32,000 bases of DNA, taken from Calothrix sp. PCC 7716 (GTDB taxonomy: Bacteria; Cyanobacteriota; Cyanobacteriia; Cyanobacteriales; Nostocaceae). Positions 18,159 to 26,305 of this stretch are shown in pieces. The position numbers and the translations under genes were made by a program. The stretch spans positions 4,746,580 through 4,778,579 of the forward strand of contig AP025018.1 in NCBI GenBank assembly GCA_019977735.1, in the 5' to 3' direction. Below the pieces are notes generated by a model. That model did not search any database, was not told the DNA's origin, and worked only from the letters and a program-made list of their open reading frames with translations. The first letter of the stretch is position 1; the number at the start of each line of letters is the position of its first letter.

Positions 18159-19464
18159 TAAGATACCTCCACAAAATCTTGAAGCAGAGGAAAGCATACT
18201 TGGTGGTTGTTTACTAGACCCCAATGCTATTGGCAGAATTGCTGATATTTTAATCCCAGAAGCCTTTTATTTTTCTGCTCACCAACAAATTTATAAAGCA
18301 ATGTTAGAATTATATAATCATTCATTACCAACTGATTTATTAACAGTTACTTCTTGGCTGTCTGACCACAAATTATTAACTAAAGTTGGCGGCAGAAATC
18401 AGCTAAGTAAATTAGTTGAGAGTACAGTATCAGCCGTAAATATAGACCATATAGCAAACTTAGTTGTGGAGCAATATCAACGTCGGCAGTTAATTAGTGT
18501 CGGTTATGAAATTGTCGAATTAGGTTATGATGTCACATTTAAAATTCAAGAAGTTTTAGAGCAGTCCGAAAGTAAAATTTTTAATTTAACTTCAAACAAA
18601 CAAGATAAATTTAAACCACAATTAATAAGTGATTGCCTTCGTGAAGTATTTCAAGAGTTAAAACAAGGATATACTCCAGGTTATCCGACTGGATTAAAAG
18701 ACTTAGATGGATTAATTGGAGGATTAAATAAACAAGATTTAATTGTAATTGCTGCAAGAGCATCAATGGGTAAAACTTGGTTGGGTTGTTATTTTGCAAA
18801 TTATATTGCCATACAGCAACAGTTACCTGTTGTTTTCTTCTCTGCTGAAATGTCCTCTTCACAATTAACCAAAAGATTTTTAGCCATACATTCAGGTATT
18901 GATTCTAGCAGGCTAATTCGTAACCAAATATATCAGGACGAGATAGATAGCTTAAAACAAGCTTTGTGTACTTTGCTCAGATTACCTATTGTCATCGATG
19001 ATACACCTGCACTTTATCAAAATCCCGGACGTATATGTTCTGTACTGCGAAGAATTAAGTCAGAGCGAGGTAATTTAGGCTTAGTCGTTATGGATTATAT
19101 TCAAAAACTTGGTGATAGAGCAGTAAGTAATAGAGCGCAAGCAGTTGGCAAATTCTCCGGCGCATTTAAAGACATTGCTAAAGAATTTGACGTTCCATTT
19201 ATAGCTTTAGCTCAAATTAATAGAGGTGTAGAAAGCCAAACAAATAAACGCCCAACGATGGCGGATATAAAAGACTCAGGTGATATAGAACAAGATATGG
19301 ATATTGGATTACTTCTTTATCGAGATGAGTATTACAATCCAGATACACAAGATAAAGGAGTAATGGAGATTAACGTTGCTAAAAATCGCAATGGCGCCAC
19401 AGGAACTTGTAAAGTCTCATTAGACCCAATTATTGGAACTTTTCGCGATATCACAGTTTCTTAA
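18151..19464 (+). CDS. dnaB: DnaB-family replicative DNA helicase
   Basis: DnaB N-terminal signature PPQNLEAEESILGGCLLD. Walker A AARASMGKTW, Walker B LVVMDYIQ. AQINRGVESQTNKRPTMADIKDSGDIEQDMDIGLLLYRDEYY matches the conserved DnaB C-terminal block. ATG 18151 overlaps the upstream stop (ATGACTAA); the ORF track starts at TTG 18136. No intein. Confidence 0.9.
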   Translation: MTNKIPPQNLEAEESILGGCLLDPNAIGRIADILIPEAFYFSAHQQIYKAMLELYNHSLPTDLLTVTSWLSDHKLLTKVGGRNQLSKLVESTVSAVNIDHIANLVVEQYQRRQLISVGYEIVELGYDVTFKIQEVLEQSESKIFNLTSNKQDKFKPQLISDCLREVFQELKQGYTPGYPTGLKDLDGLIGGLNKQDLIVIAARASMGKTWLGCYFANYIAIQQQLPVVFFSAEMSSSQLTKRFLAIHSGIDSSRLIRNQIYQDEIDSLKQALCTLLRLPIVIDDTPALYQNPGRICSVLRRIKSERGNLGLVVMDYIQKLGDRAVSNRAQAVGKFSGAFKDIAKEFDVPFIALAQINRGVESQTNKRPTMADIKDSGDIEQDMDIGLLLYRDEYYNPDTQDKGVMEINVAKNRNGATGTCKVSLDPIIGTFRDITVS

Positions 19465-19573
19465 GACCGACCAAATTGCTACCAAAGTCCAAAAGCTTAA
19501 ATATCGTTGTATAAAGTGTTAACAACAATCAATGCCTTATGTTGCAAACGTTGTATACGTTGTGTATTACATA

Positions 19574-19580
19574 AGTTTGG
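19574..19580. repeat. right copy of the 7-bp junction direct repeat AGTTTGG
   Basis: Identical to 12868-12874. Immediately followed by CGCCAGTG, which completes the host TGGCGCCA palindrome. Confidence 0.8.
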
Positions 19581-20796
19581 CGCCAGTGCTTATATTGCAA
19601 GAAGTGCGATGCAGTTGCACAACTGGTTTAAAGATTTAAATCCGCGATTACAACGATTGATTCGTTCAAACGTTCAAGACTGGAAGGTTTCAGCATTACG
19701 CCATCTGAAGCACTTAACTGATGATGTAATTGAAGCCGCAGTTACTACAGGAAGGAAAACAGCATCGCAACTCAAACAACTGTCTGGTAAAGTTCATCAA
19801 AAAATGGCGCCATCTGAAGTTACTTCGGGCGATAACAACTTGAGTTTTCAGAACAAGGCATCAGAAGAATCAGAGGAATTTGATCTACCAGAAATTGTTT
19901 CTACACCAGAGTTGGCGCTAAATAGTGTAACTCCTACTCCTACACTCCTGTTGACGCGAGGAGTGCGGATAGTTGTGCAAAATGAATCAACTGGCTGGAA
20001 TGGCGCCAGTGGAATAATTACGACTGTTGGCAATAATGATGATTTTTGGGTTTTATTAGACCACACCATAGCTCAAGGGATGGTAACGAAACATTTACTC
20101 AAATCTCACCAATTAAGATTGGAATCTAAAATATCTACTCCCACAGCTTCAGCACAAGTGTTGACCACTGTTGATATTGACAAAATTAAGGCAGAAACTA
20201 TCAGACAGTATCTGCTAGAACATGCAGAAGAACAACAGGGAAAATATTTAGAAATTAAAGGTGCCGCTCTTGTTGCTGCCGAGAAAGAAATTGCATCGTT
20301 TGAAAAACATGCTCAATGTATGACCGATAAAGTGTCTAAGCTAGTTGAGCAGTTGGAGGCATCTGAGCAAGAAATCGCGCGTTTACACTCTTTGCACGCA
20401 GAAAATCAACAGTTACAGCAACGAGTCACAGAATTAGAAAATGCGCTCCTAAAAGCATCAGAAGACAGTTGGGGTAACACTTTCAATACTCAAGCTGCCA
20501 AAGTTATGAACTCGGAAATTGAGAAAAAAGTGGCACCGCTAATGTCTGAGGTTGAACGATTACAGAACTTGGTACAGAAAAAAGATGCCCAATTAGCTCA
20601 AATGCAGCAAATTCCGGCGCCTGATAGTGAAGAAGTGATTTCCGAGTTTGGAGAAATTGGCGAGCAGTTAGGTTGGCATGGCTGGCGCCGTTCTGGGTAC
20701 AGAGACAAAAACGGTACGCTGCATAAAGGCATCAACGCAATTAGCGCATTTGTATCTGATTTAGCGCGGGAGTATCACCAGGAAACGGCATTTTAA
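19574..20796 (+). pseudogene. 3' fragment of the interrupted DUF3102-like / long coiled-coil (KfrA-like?) gene
   Basis: From FGASAYIARSAMQLHNWFKDLNPRLQRLI onward the sequence continues the 12642 fragment in frame. The C-terminal half is an extended coiled coil (EQLEASEQEIARLHSLHAENQQLQQRVTELENALLKA). The first 22 codons of tracked ORF 19507.. are element-end DNA. Confidence 0.75.
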
Positions 20797-21183
20797 ATTA
20801 ACGAATTCATTAACATATACTGTGCGTATCGTTTTTTCTGTAAAACGATTGGTTGATGTCATTGCGTTTACTCTGCCATAACTGTAATTGTGCTTCTCGT
20901 AAAACAACTGTTGGAGATTTAGCTTGCAAAATCCACGAACTTCCCTCGTTTAATACTTCAACCATTTGTACTATTCAACTTAATTAAGCCTTGGTTACAA
21001 GTTTTTAATATTTCTAAGTTATCCGAGGGCTTTTTTAAACTTCAAATGCTTGTAAATAATTTAACTCGTTCAATCTTTCAAAACCTCAATATCCCTTATT
21101 TATATTTTTCCTCTGCCTAGAGTGACAAAAGAGGGATAAGCTTGCAGGGTCAAAATAAAGTGAAAGTCTGCCGTTGCTGTGTT

Positions 21184-22890
21184 TTAGTTATACAAATTAA
21201 CTAAATTGTATATTGCGTGGAGTAAATTATCTGGTTCAACAGGTTTAGGTATGTGCGTTTGAAAACCCATTTCTAACGCCCGTTGTCTGTCATATTCACT
21301 AGCGTAAGCAGTTATTGCAATCGCGGGAATTTGTCCGCCTTGTTTGGCTGGTAATGACCGAATTTGACGAATCAGTTCATATCCATCTTCTTCTGGCATT
21401 CCAATGTCACTTACTACTATGTCTGGCGGGTGTGCAACCAGAGATGAAAATGCATCCGGCACTGAGGTTGCAGAATACACAGAAGCTCCATGTTCTTCCA
21501 AGATATAAATTATTATATTAAGGTTATCGGCTTGATCATCTACCACAAGTACCCGCACGCCGTTTAAATCGAGGTTATTATTATCCTGTCTACTATTTTG
21601 GGTTTTTGCCAAAGTCGGTATGAGTGGTAATCTAATAGTAAAAGTCGCTCCTTGTCCTTCACCAGCACTCTCTGCCTCAATTGTACCACCATGTAGTTCA
21701 ACTAAACGGCGGACAATAGCCAAGCCTAAGCCTAACCCACCAGTACTTCTAGTTGTGCTGCTGTTTTCTTGACAAAAGTAATCAAATATATAAGGTAAGA
21801 AGTTACAATTTATACCTTTGCCTGTATCGCTAACTTGAATTTGAGCATAGCCTTCAACTCTTTCGAGCTTAATTGTTACCTGTCCATGATTTTGTGTAAA
21901 TTTAATGCTATTAGTAAGTAAATTCCAAATCACTTGCTGTAAACGGTTGGGATCACCTAAGCATGATTCGATATTAGTGTCAAAAACAGTATTAATTTCA
22001 ATTGACTTAGCTTGAGCGGCAAGACCTACAGTGTCAATAGCTGCAGTGATTATTGTTTTCAAATCGACTACAACAGGTTGCAATCTAATCTTACCGCGCA
22101 AAATTCGCGAAATATCCAGCAAGTCATCTATAAGTTGCGCCTGTAAAGAAGCATTACGTTCAATAGTTTCTAAAGCTTTCTGTATTACACTTTGATCAAG
22201 TTTACGACTACGTAAAATTTTCGCCCAGCCCAAAATAGGATTAAGGGGTGTTCGTAATTCATGGGACACAATAGCCAGAAATTCATTCTTAAGACGGTTG
22301 GCTGTTTGTGCTTCTTCTAAGAGTTGTTTGAGCCGTTCATTTTCTGCATGTTTACGTACAGTGATATCTCTGAGTGAAACTAGATAGGCGGGTTCTCCTT
22401 GCCATTGGATTTGGGCTACTCGCATTTGCGCGATTACTATTTCTCCAGCACGGTTACAAACATCCACTTCTACATCATTACCATTAATCAAGGGAAAGCC
22501 AAATAACTGACCTAAAAGTTCTTCTTCTTGGCGCCCAAATAAGATCGTCCCTGCCGGATTCAAAAAGCGGATAATTCCCTGCTGGTTAACTACTACCATG
22601 CCATCAACATTGTTGGCAATTAAATTTTGTAACTGTGCTTGAGTTTGCAAAAGTGCTGCTTCTGTCTGGCTTTTACGAGCAATTTCCTGTTGTAATTGCC
22701 GATTACTTTCGATTAATTCTGTTGTTTGCTTAAGAAGCTGTTCCTCGCGGTTAGTACCTAAATCAGAATCGATTTTCTGTTGCTGTAGCGACTCAACGGA
22801 TAATTTTTCTAATCTTATTGCTTGCTTAATCGCTTCTGGCAGTTGTGTTTTTTGTTTTGGAAGCAAGTAATCAGTTGCTCCTGCTTTCAT
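21184..22890 (-). CDS. hybrid sensor histidine kinase (PAS-HisKA-HATPase-REC) that starts with a receiver-domain tail fragment
   Basis: 568 aa. H-box LAIVSHELRTPLNPILGW. HATPase G-boxes DTGKGI and GGLGLGLAIVRRLVELHGGTIEAES. C-terminal receiver VLVVDDQADN...VVSDIGMPEEDGYELIRQIR...KPV. The first residues KAGATDYLLPK are the end of another receiver domain. Confidence 0.85.
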   Translation of the reverse strand: MKAGATDYLLPKQKTQLPEAIKQAIRLEKLSVESLQQQKIDSDLGTNREEQLLKQTTELIESNRQLQQEIARKSQTEAALLQTQAQLQNLIANNVDGMVVVNQQGIIRFLNPAGTILFGRQEEELLGQLFGFPLINGNDVEVDVCNRAGEIVIAQMRVAQIQWQGEPAYLVSLRDITVRKHAENERLKQLLEEAQTANRLKNEFLAIVSHELRTPLNPILGWAKILRSRKLDQSVIQKALETIERNASLQAQLIDDLLDISRILRGKIRLQPVVVDLKTIITAAIDTVGLAAQAKSIEINTVFDTNIESCLGDPNRLQQVIWNLLTNSIKFTQNHGQVTIKLERVEGYAQIQVSDTGKGINCNFLPYIFDYFCQENSSTTRSTGGLGLGLAIVRRLVELHGGTIEAESAGEGQGATFTIRLPLIPTLAKTQNSRQDNNNLDLNGVRVLVVDDQADNLNIIIYILEEHGASVYSATSVPDAFSSLVAHPPDIVVSDIGMPEEDGYELIRQIRSLPAKQGGQIPAIAITAYASEYDRQRALEMGFQTHIPKPVEPDNLLHAIYNLVNLYN

Positions 22891-24361
22891 ACAGTTTACG
22901 GCAGGTTGCTAAACCCATTCCCGTACCTTCGTACTGACTATTACTATGCAACCGAAAGAACGGTGTAAAAATTTGCTCCTGGTTTTCTTCGTCAAAACCA
23001 ATGCCATTATCTTCCACAGTAATTTCATATTGCAAATCTTTATATAGGCTTTGGTAAATTTTTATAATGGGTGCTGCTTCCAATTTATGAAATTTTAGGG
23101 CATTGGAAATCAAGTTCTGAAATAGCTGACGTATTTGAGAACAATCGCATTCAATTATCGGTAGTTCTCCAACATGAATACATGCCTGGTTTTCCTTAAT
23201 TTCTACTTCTAAATCTGACAAAACTTCTTGTAAAACTGTATTTAAATTAACTGAAACAAACGACTGCGCTTGAGTTGTCACTCGTGAGTAGGTGAGTAAA
23301 CTTTTAATTAAGCTTCGCATCCGCATCCCAACGTTTTGCATCCTTTCTAAGTATCCGCGTCCTTTAACGTCAAGTAGTAAACCATACTCCTGTTCTAATT
23401 GCTTACTAAGCATTTCGATTTTATGTAAAGGTGCGATTAAGTCGTGAGAAACAACATGGGCAAATTCCTCTAAATCGTTATTGCTACGTTCCAGTTCTTT
23501 AACAAGTTTCTGCAACTTTACTTCTGTTTGCTTACGCTGATCAATATCTTGAATCTGGGAAATAAAGTAAAGTGGTTTCCCATTACGATTGCGTACTAAG
23601 GAAACACTTAACAAAATCCAGACGCTGTGTCCCTGTTTATGGAAATAGCGCTTTTCCATTTGGTAAGTGCGAATTTTTCCTGCTAACAATTGACGCACGT
23701 AATCCAAGTCAGTGTTCAAATCATCAGGATGGGTAATATCTTGAAAGGTAATTTGTAATAATTCCGCTTCCGAATAGCCAATAATTTCACATAAAGAACG
23801 ATTGACTTTCAACCACTTTCCATCTGGTGAGACTAATGCCTTACCTATTGCTGCATCATGAAAAGCAAGGCTAAATACTTCTTCATTTTGGCTAACTTCT
23901 TCTTCTAGTTTCTTTTGTTTGGTAATATCTCTACCTTCGGCGATAAGTAATACTACCTGTCCTGCTTCGTTTTTTACAGGGCGTAGAGAAAAATCCATTG
24001 TAGTAGTGTACGACCCTTTCCCTAACACATCTACCTCATACCGAACGAGTTTTCCTTGAGCTGCGGTAGCAATTGCAACTTTTAGCTGTTGTTGAGTTTG
24101 AGGTGAAATTGTCCACCATCTTGCTTCCCAAAACGGTTTTTGGATAACATTTGAGTGAGCTATATCACCAAGAGATAACGCAGTTTGGTTAGCATCTAGA
24201 AGCATACCATTGGGTTTAACTAGCACAACAAACTGAAAACTCTGCTCAAAAATGGTACGAAATTGCCTTTCAATTTCGATAATAGTTTGAGAAAATTCTT
24301 GCTCCATAGAAATATTTTTTATGTTTTTATCATTATTGAGAAATTTCGCGTCATTACTCAT
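22871..24361 (-). CDS. multi-PAS sensor histidine kinase with truncated HATPase domain
   Basis: 496 aa. PAS-type blocks. H-box FAHVVSHDLIAPLHKI. N-box LISNALKF, G1 DNGIGF, G2 GTGMGLATCRKL. The ORF then terminates (YESRSN*) about 35 aa short of a normal HATPase_c end. Confidence 0.8.
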   Translation of the reverse strand: MSNDAKFLNNDKNIKNISMEQEFSQTIIEIERQFRTIFEQSFQFVVLVKPNGMLLDANQTALSLGDIAHSNVIQKPFWEARWWTISPQTQQQLKVAIATAAQGKLVRYEVDVLGKGSYTTTMDFSLRPVKNEAGQVVLLIAEGRDITKQKKLEEEVSQNEEVFSLAFHDAAIGKALVSPDGKWLKVNRSLCEIIGYSEAELLQITFQDITHPDDLNTDLDYVRQLLAGKIRTYQMEKRYFHKQGHSVWILLSVSLVRNRNGKPLYFISQIQDIDQRKQTEVKLQKLVKELERSNNDLEEFAHVVSHDLIAPLHKIEMLSKQLEQEYGLLLDVKGRGYLERMQNVGMRMRSLIKSLLTYSRVTTQAQSFVSVNLNTVLQEVLSDLEVEIKENQACIHVGELPIIECDCSQIRQLFQNLISNALKFHKLEAAPIIKIYQSLYKDLQYEITVEDNGIGFDEENQEQIFTPFFRLHSNSQYEGTGMGLATCRKLYESRSN

Positions 24362-24599
24362 TTTACCTGGCTAAAATGTCAAAAAATTGACGTGACAACC
24401 CCTTTTGGTTCTTTACAGGTAGCAGTTGAACCCAAAGCACCCGAAAATAACACAACTACCAATCATACAACATTTGAACTAGTTGAGGCAGCTATTTCGG
24501 AAGTTAGTTCTTTAAAAGCTCAAATACTTGCTAACTTAAAGTAAAAATAATTACTGCTACACTGCTGAAAGTGAGACTTAGAGTGCCACAATTAAAAAC

Positions 24600-24634
24600 A
24601 AGTCGCAAGTCGCAAGTCGCAAGTCGCAAGTACG
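24600..24634. repeat. heptanucleotide tandem repeat (AAGTCGC)x4 plus one degenerate unit
   Basis: Read directly: AAGTCGC at 24600, 24607, 24614 and 24621, then AAGTACG. STRR-like heptamer arrays are typical of some cyanobacteria. Confidence 0.9.
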
Positions 24635-25456
24635 GTTTTGCAATGGGGATTTTGACCCCAACGCAAAACCAGGCAACCCTAGGGGATGGGGAATTAAACC
24701 CCTAAACAAAGTTAAAAAAATATCCATTTTTAATCTCCTAGGATAGGCGTCTCGCCATTGGTGTCAAGTTAAGGTTGGCGCCCATACGTCAACGATAGGT
24801 TTTGTAATTAACGAAGTATAAAGATGAACTTTTTTCTTTGTTTTATACCTAAATTGGGAGCGATGCAGATAAACAAAGCATTAATACCCCCTGAAAAAGT
24901 TTATTTTTTGTTCCTTCAAAATCAAACTTTTAAGCATAAATACTTATTGACGTAGTAAGTTTTAGCTTAACTTGACGCTAATGGCGTCTCGCCTGTCCGA
25001 GCTAATCTGGGGGGTGACGAAAACCTCTGAACCTAGGATACAGCAATGGTTTTAAGCGCGCGTGCCATAAAAAGATAAACACCATTTTCGAGCTTTATTG
25101 ATTCTATTATCAATACGCTTCGTACAAAAGCCTTATTTTTCGTTGGACTTGGTTCTAAATTTACTTTTATCTTTTTAGCGGTCACTCTTATATAACACCT
25201 GCTGCATAAGGCTTGGAAGCTAGATTGTCACCTCTTCAGGGCTAAACCCTAAGAAAGGCAGAAAATATCAAACACAAATAAGCTAGTTTATACTATAACT
25301 GATACACTGTGGGTACTAAAAGCTGAATAACCATTTCTTACAGGCTCAATGCCAATTACAGTAAAAATTTCTCCCCTCTACTAAACTTGAGGAGAGAACA
25401 GGTACATCTTTGCACTACTAAATTTTCTTGACATAAATTATACCACCAATACAGGT

Positions 25457-25496
25457 AAAAAAAACCCTTTTTTCAAACATGCTGAGAAAAAGGGTT
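25457..25496 (-). terminator. Rho-independent terminator on the minus strand
   Basis: AACCCTTTTT (25463-25472) pairs perfectly with AAAAAGGGTT (25487-25496), 14-nt loop. On the minus strand the hairpin is followed by a run of six U (A run 25457-25462 on +). No annotated ORF lies upstream of it. Confidence 0.55.
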
Positions 25497-26305
25497 ACTG
25501 TTGTCTATTTATACATAACCAAATTCAAATTATAAAGCTAAGAGAGAAAATCCCTCTCACCCTTTAGCAAGAGGGGTTGTATGAGGGTAATGTTGGAATT
25601 TGTCATCTACCAAGCAAATTATAACCGCTCAACTCTTAGTATTAATGACTGCTGCAACGGGAGCATCCACTTTTGGAAGAAACATAAATTATATGGCGCC
25701 GGAGACCTTACTATATGGTTGGTCTAAAAAAGTGTATCTGCCGAAAGTGGATGCTCCCATCACTACGAAATAAATTGGGCAATATCAATGTCTGCCAATC
25801 TCAAAATGGGCATTTCAAAAAACACTTTCAAAACTCTTGTACTGGTATGCTTCACTTGTTTGGACTCTGGCGGTTGAATAATTACTCTATCAGAAAAACC
25901 CCCAAATTGCTCTAGGGTCTGTGAGGGTGAAGTTTTTTAACCAAGCAACCCTTTTTAATTTTGATTGCTTGGTTACACAGGGTAATATCCACTAACTTGT
26001 ATTATAATAGTCCTAGATAAAGTTACCGTAGCGGACTAAAGGAATACATCAGCATAACATAGGCAATTCTTTCAATCTAGTAATTTTTTACCACTTTTAC
26101 TCCTAGTAGCTTTTTACCTCGCCAGATTAAGATTGGAAGTTTTATCCTCCGATTTGGCTTATATTCACATATTCTTCATCTTCTCTATAGAGAATAGTCA
26201 ATTCTCACCATAATTTAACCTTTCTCATCGGGTATCCTAAGTTTAAGAAATGTTGCTCGCCTTTGCAACCCTTCTTGCTTCTCGATATGTTGACGGACAA
26301 ATGGA

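Larger units (their letters stand above)
12875..19580 (+). mobile_element. integrated Tn554-like element: three tyrosine recombinases + TnpC-like fusion protein + DnaB helicase (about 6.7 kb; ends ambiguous by the 7-bp repeat)
   Basis: A split host gene rejoins in frame when 12875-19580 is removed. 7-bp direct repeats at both junctions. The interior is visibly more AT-rich and has 1 GGCGCC site, versus 32 in about 14 kb of flanking backbone. Five overlapping + strand genes and about 105-bp non-coding arms at each end. Confidence 0.8.

Noticed and set aside
19507-19573. The Cys-rich N-terminus (MYKVLTTINALCCKRCIRCVLHK) of tracked ORF 19507..20796 looks like a small zinc finger.
   Set aside because: These codons lie in the right non-coding arm of the inserted element. 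They are only fortuitously in frame with the host gene fragment that resumes at 19574-19581.
13327-20069. Minus-strand ORFs inside the element and its flank (13327..13635, 16669..16854, 18611..18862, 19848..20069).
   Set aside because: They are antisense to genes with clear catalytic motifs. The low-complexity Leu/Ser/Asn content reflects the AT-rich opposite strand.
20828-20849. Possible terminator hairpin (ATCGTTTT...AAAACGAT) after the coiled-coil gene.
   Set aside because: The stem is short and almost entirely A/T, and no U-run follows. It is too weak to call.
24263-24544. 93-aa + strand ORF overlapping the start of kinase gene 22871..24361.
   Set aside because: It overlaps the kinase 5' end and promoter region and has no recognisable features. 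It is probably not coding.
24600-24634. Possible CRISPR array, suggested by regular short repeats.
   Set aside because: The 7-bp units are directly abutting with no spacers. This is a heptamer microsatellite (STRR-like), not a CRISPR array. No repeat-spacer architecture is seen anywhere in the window.
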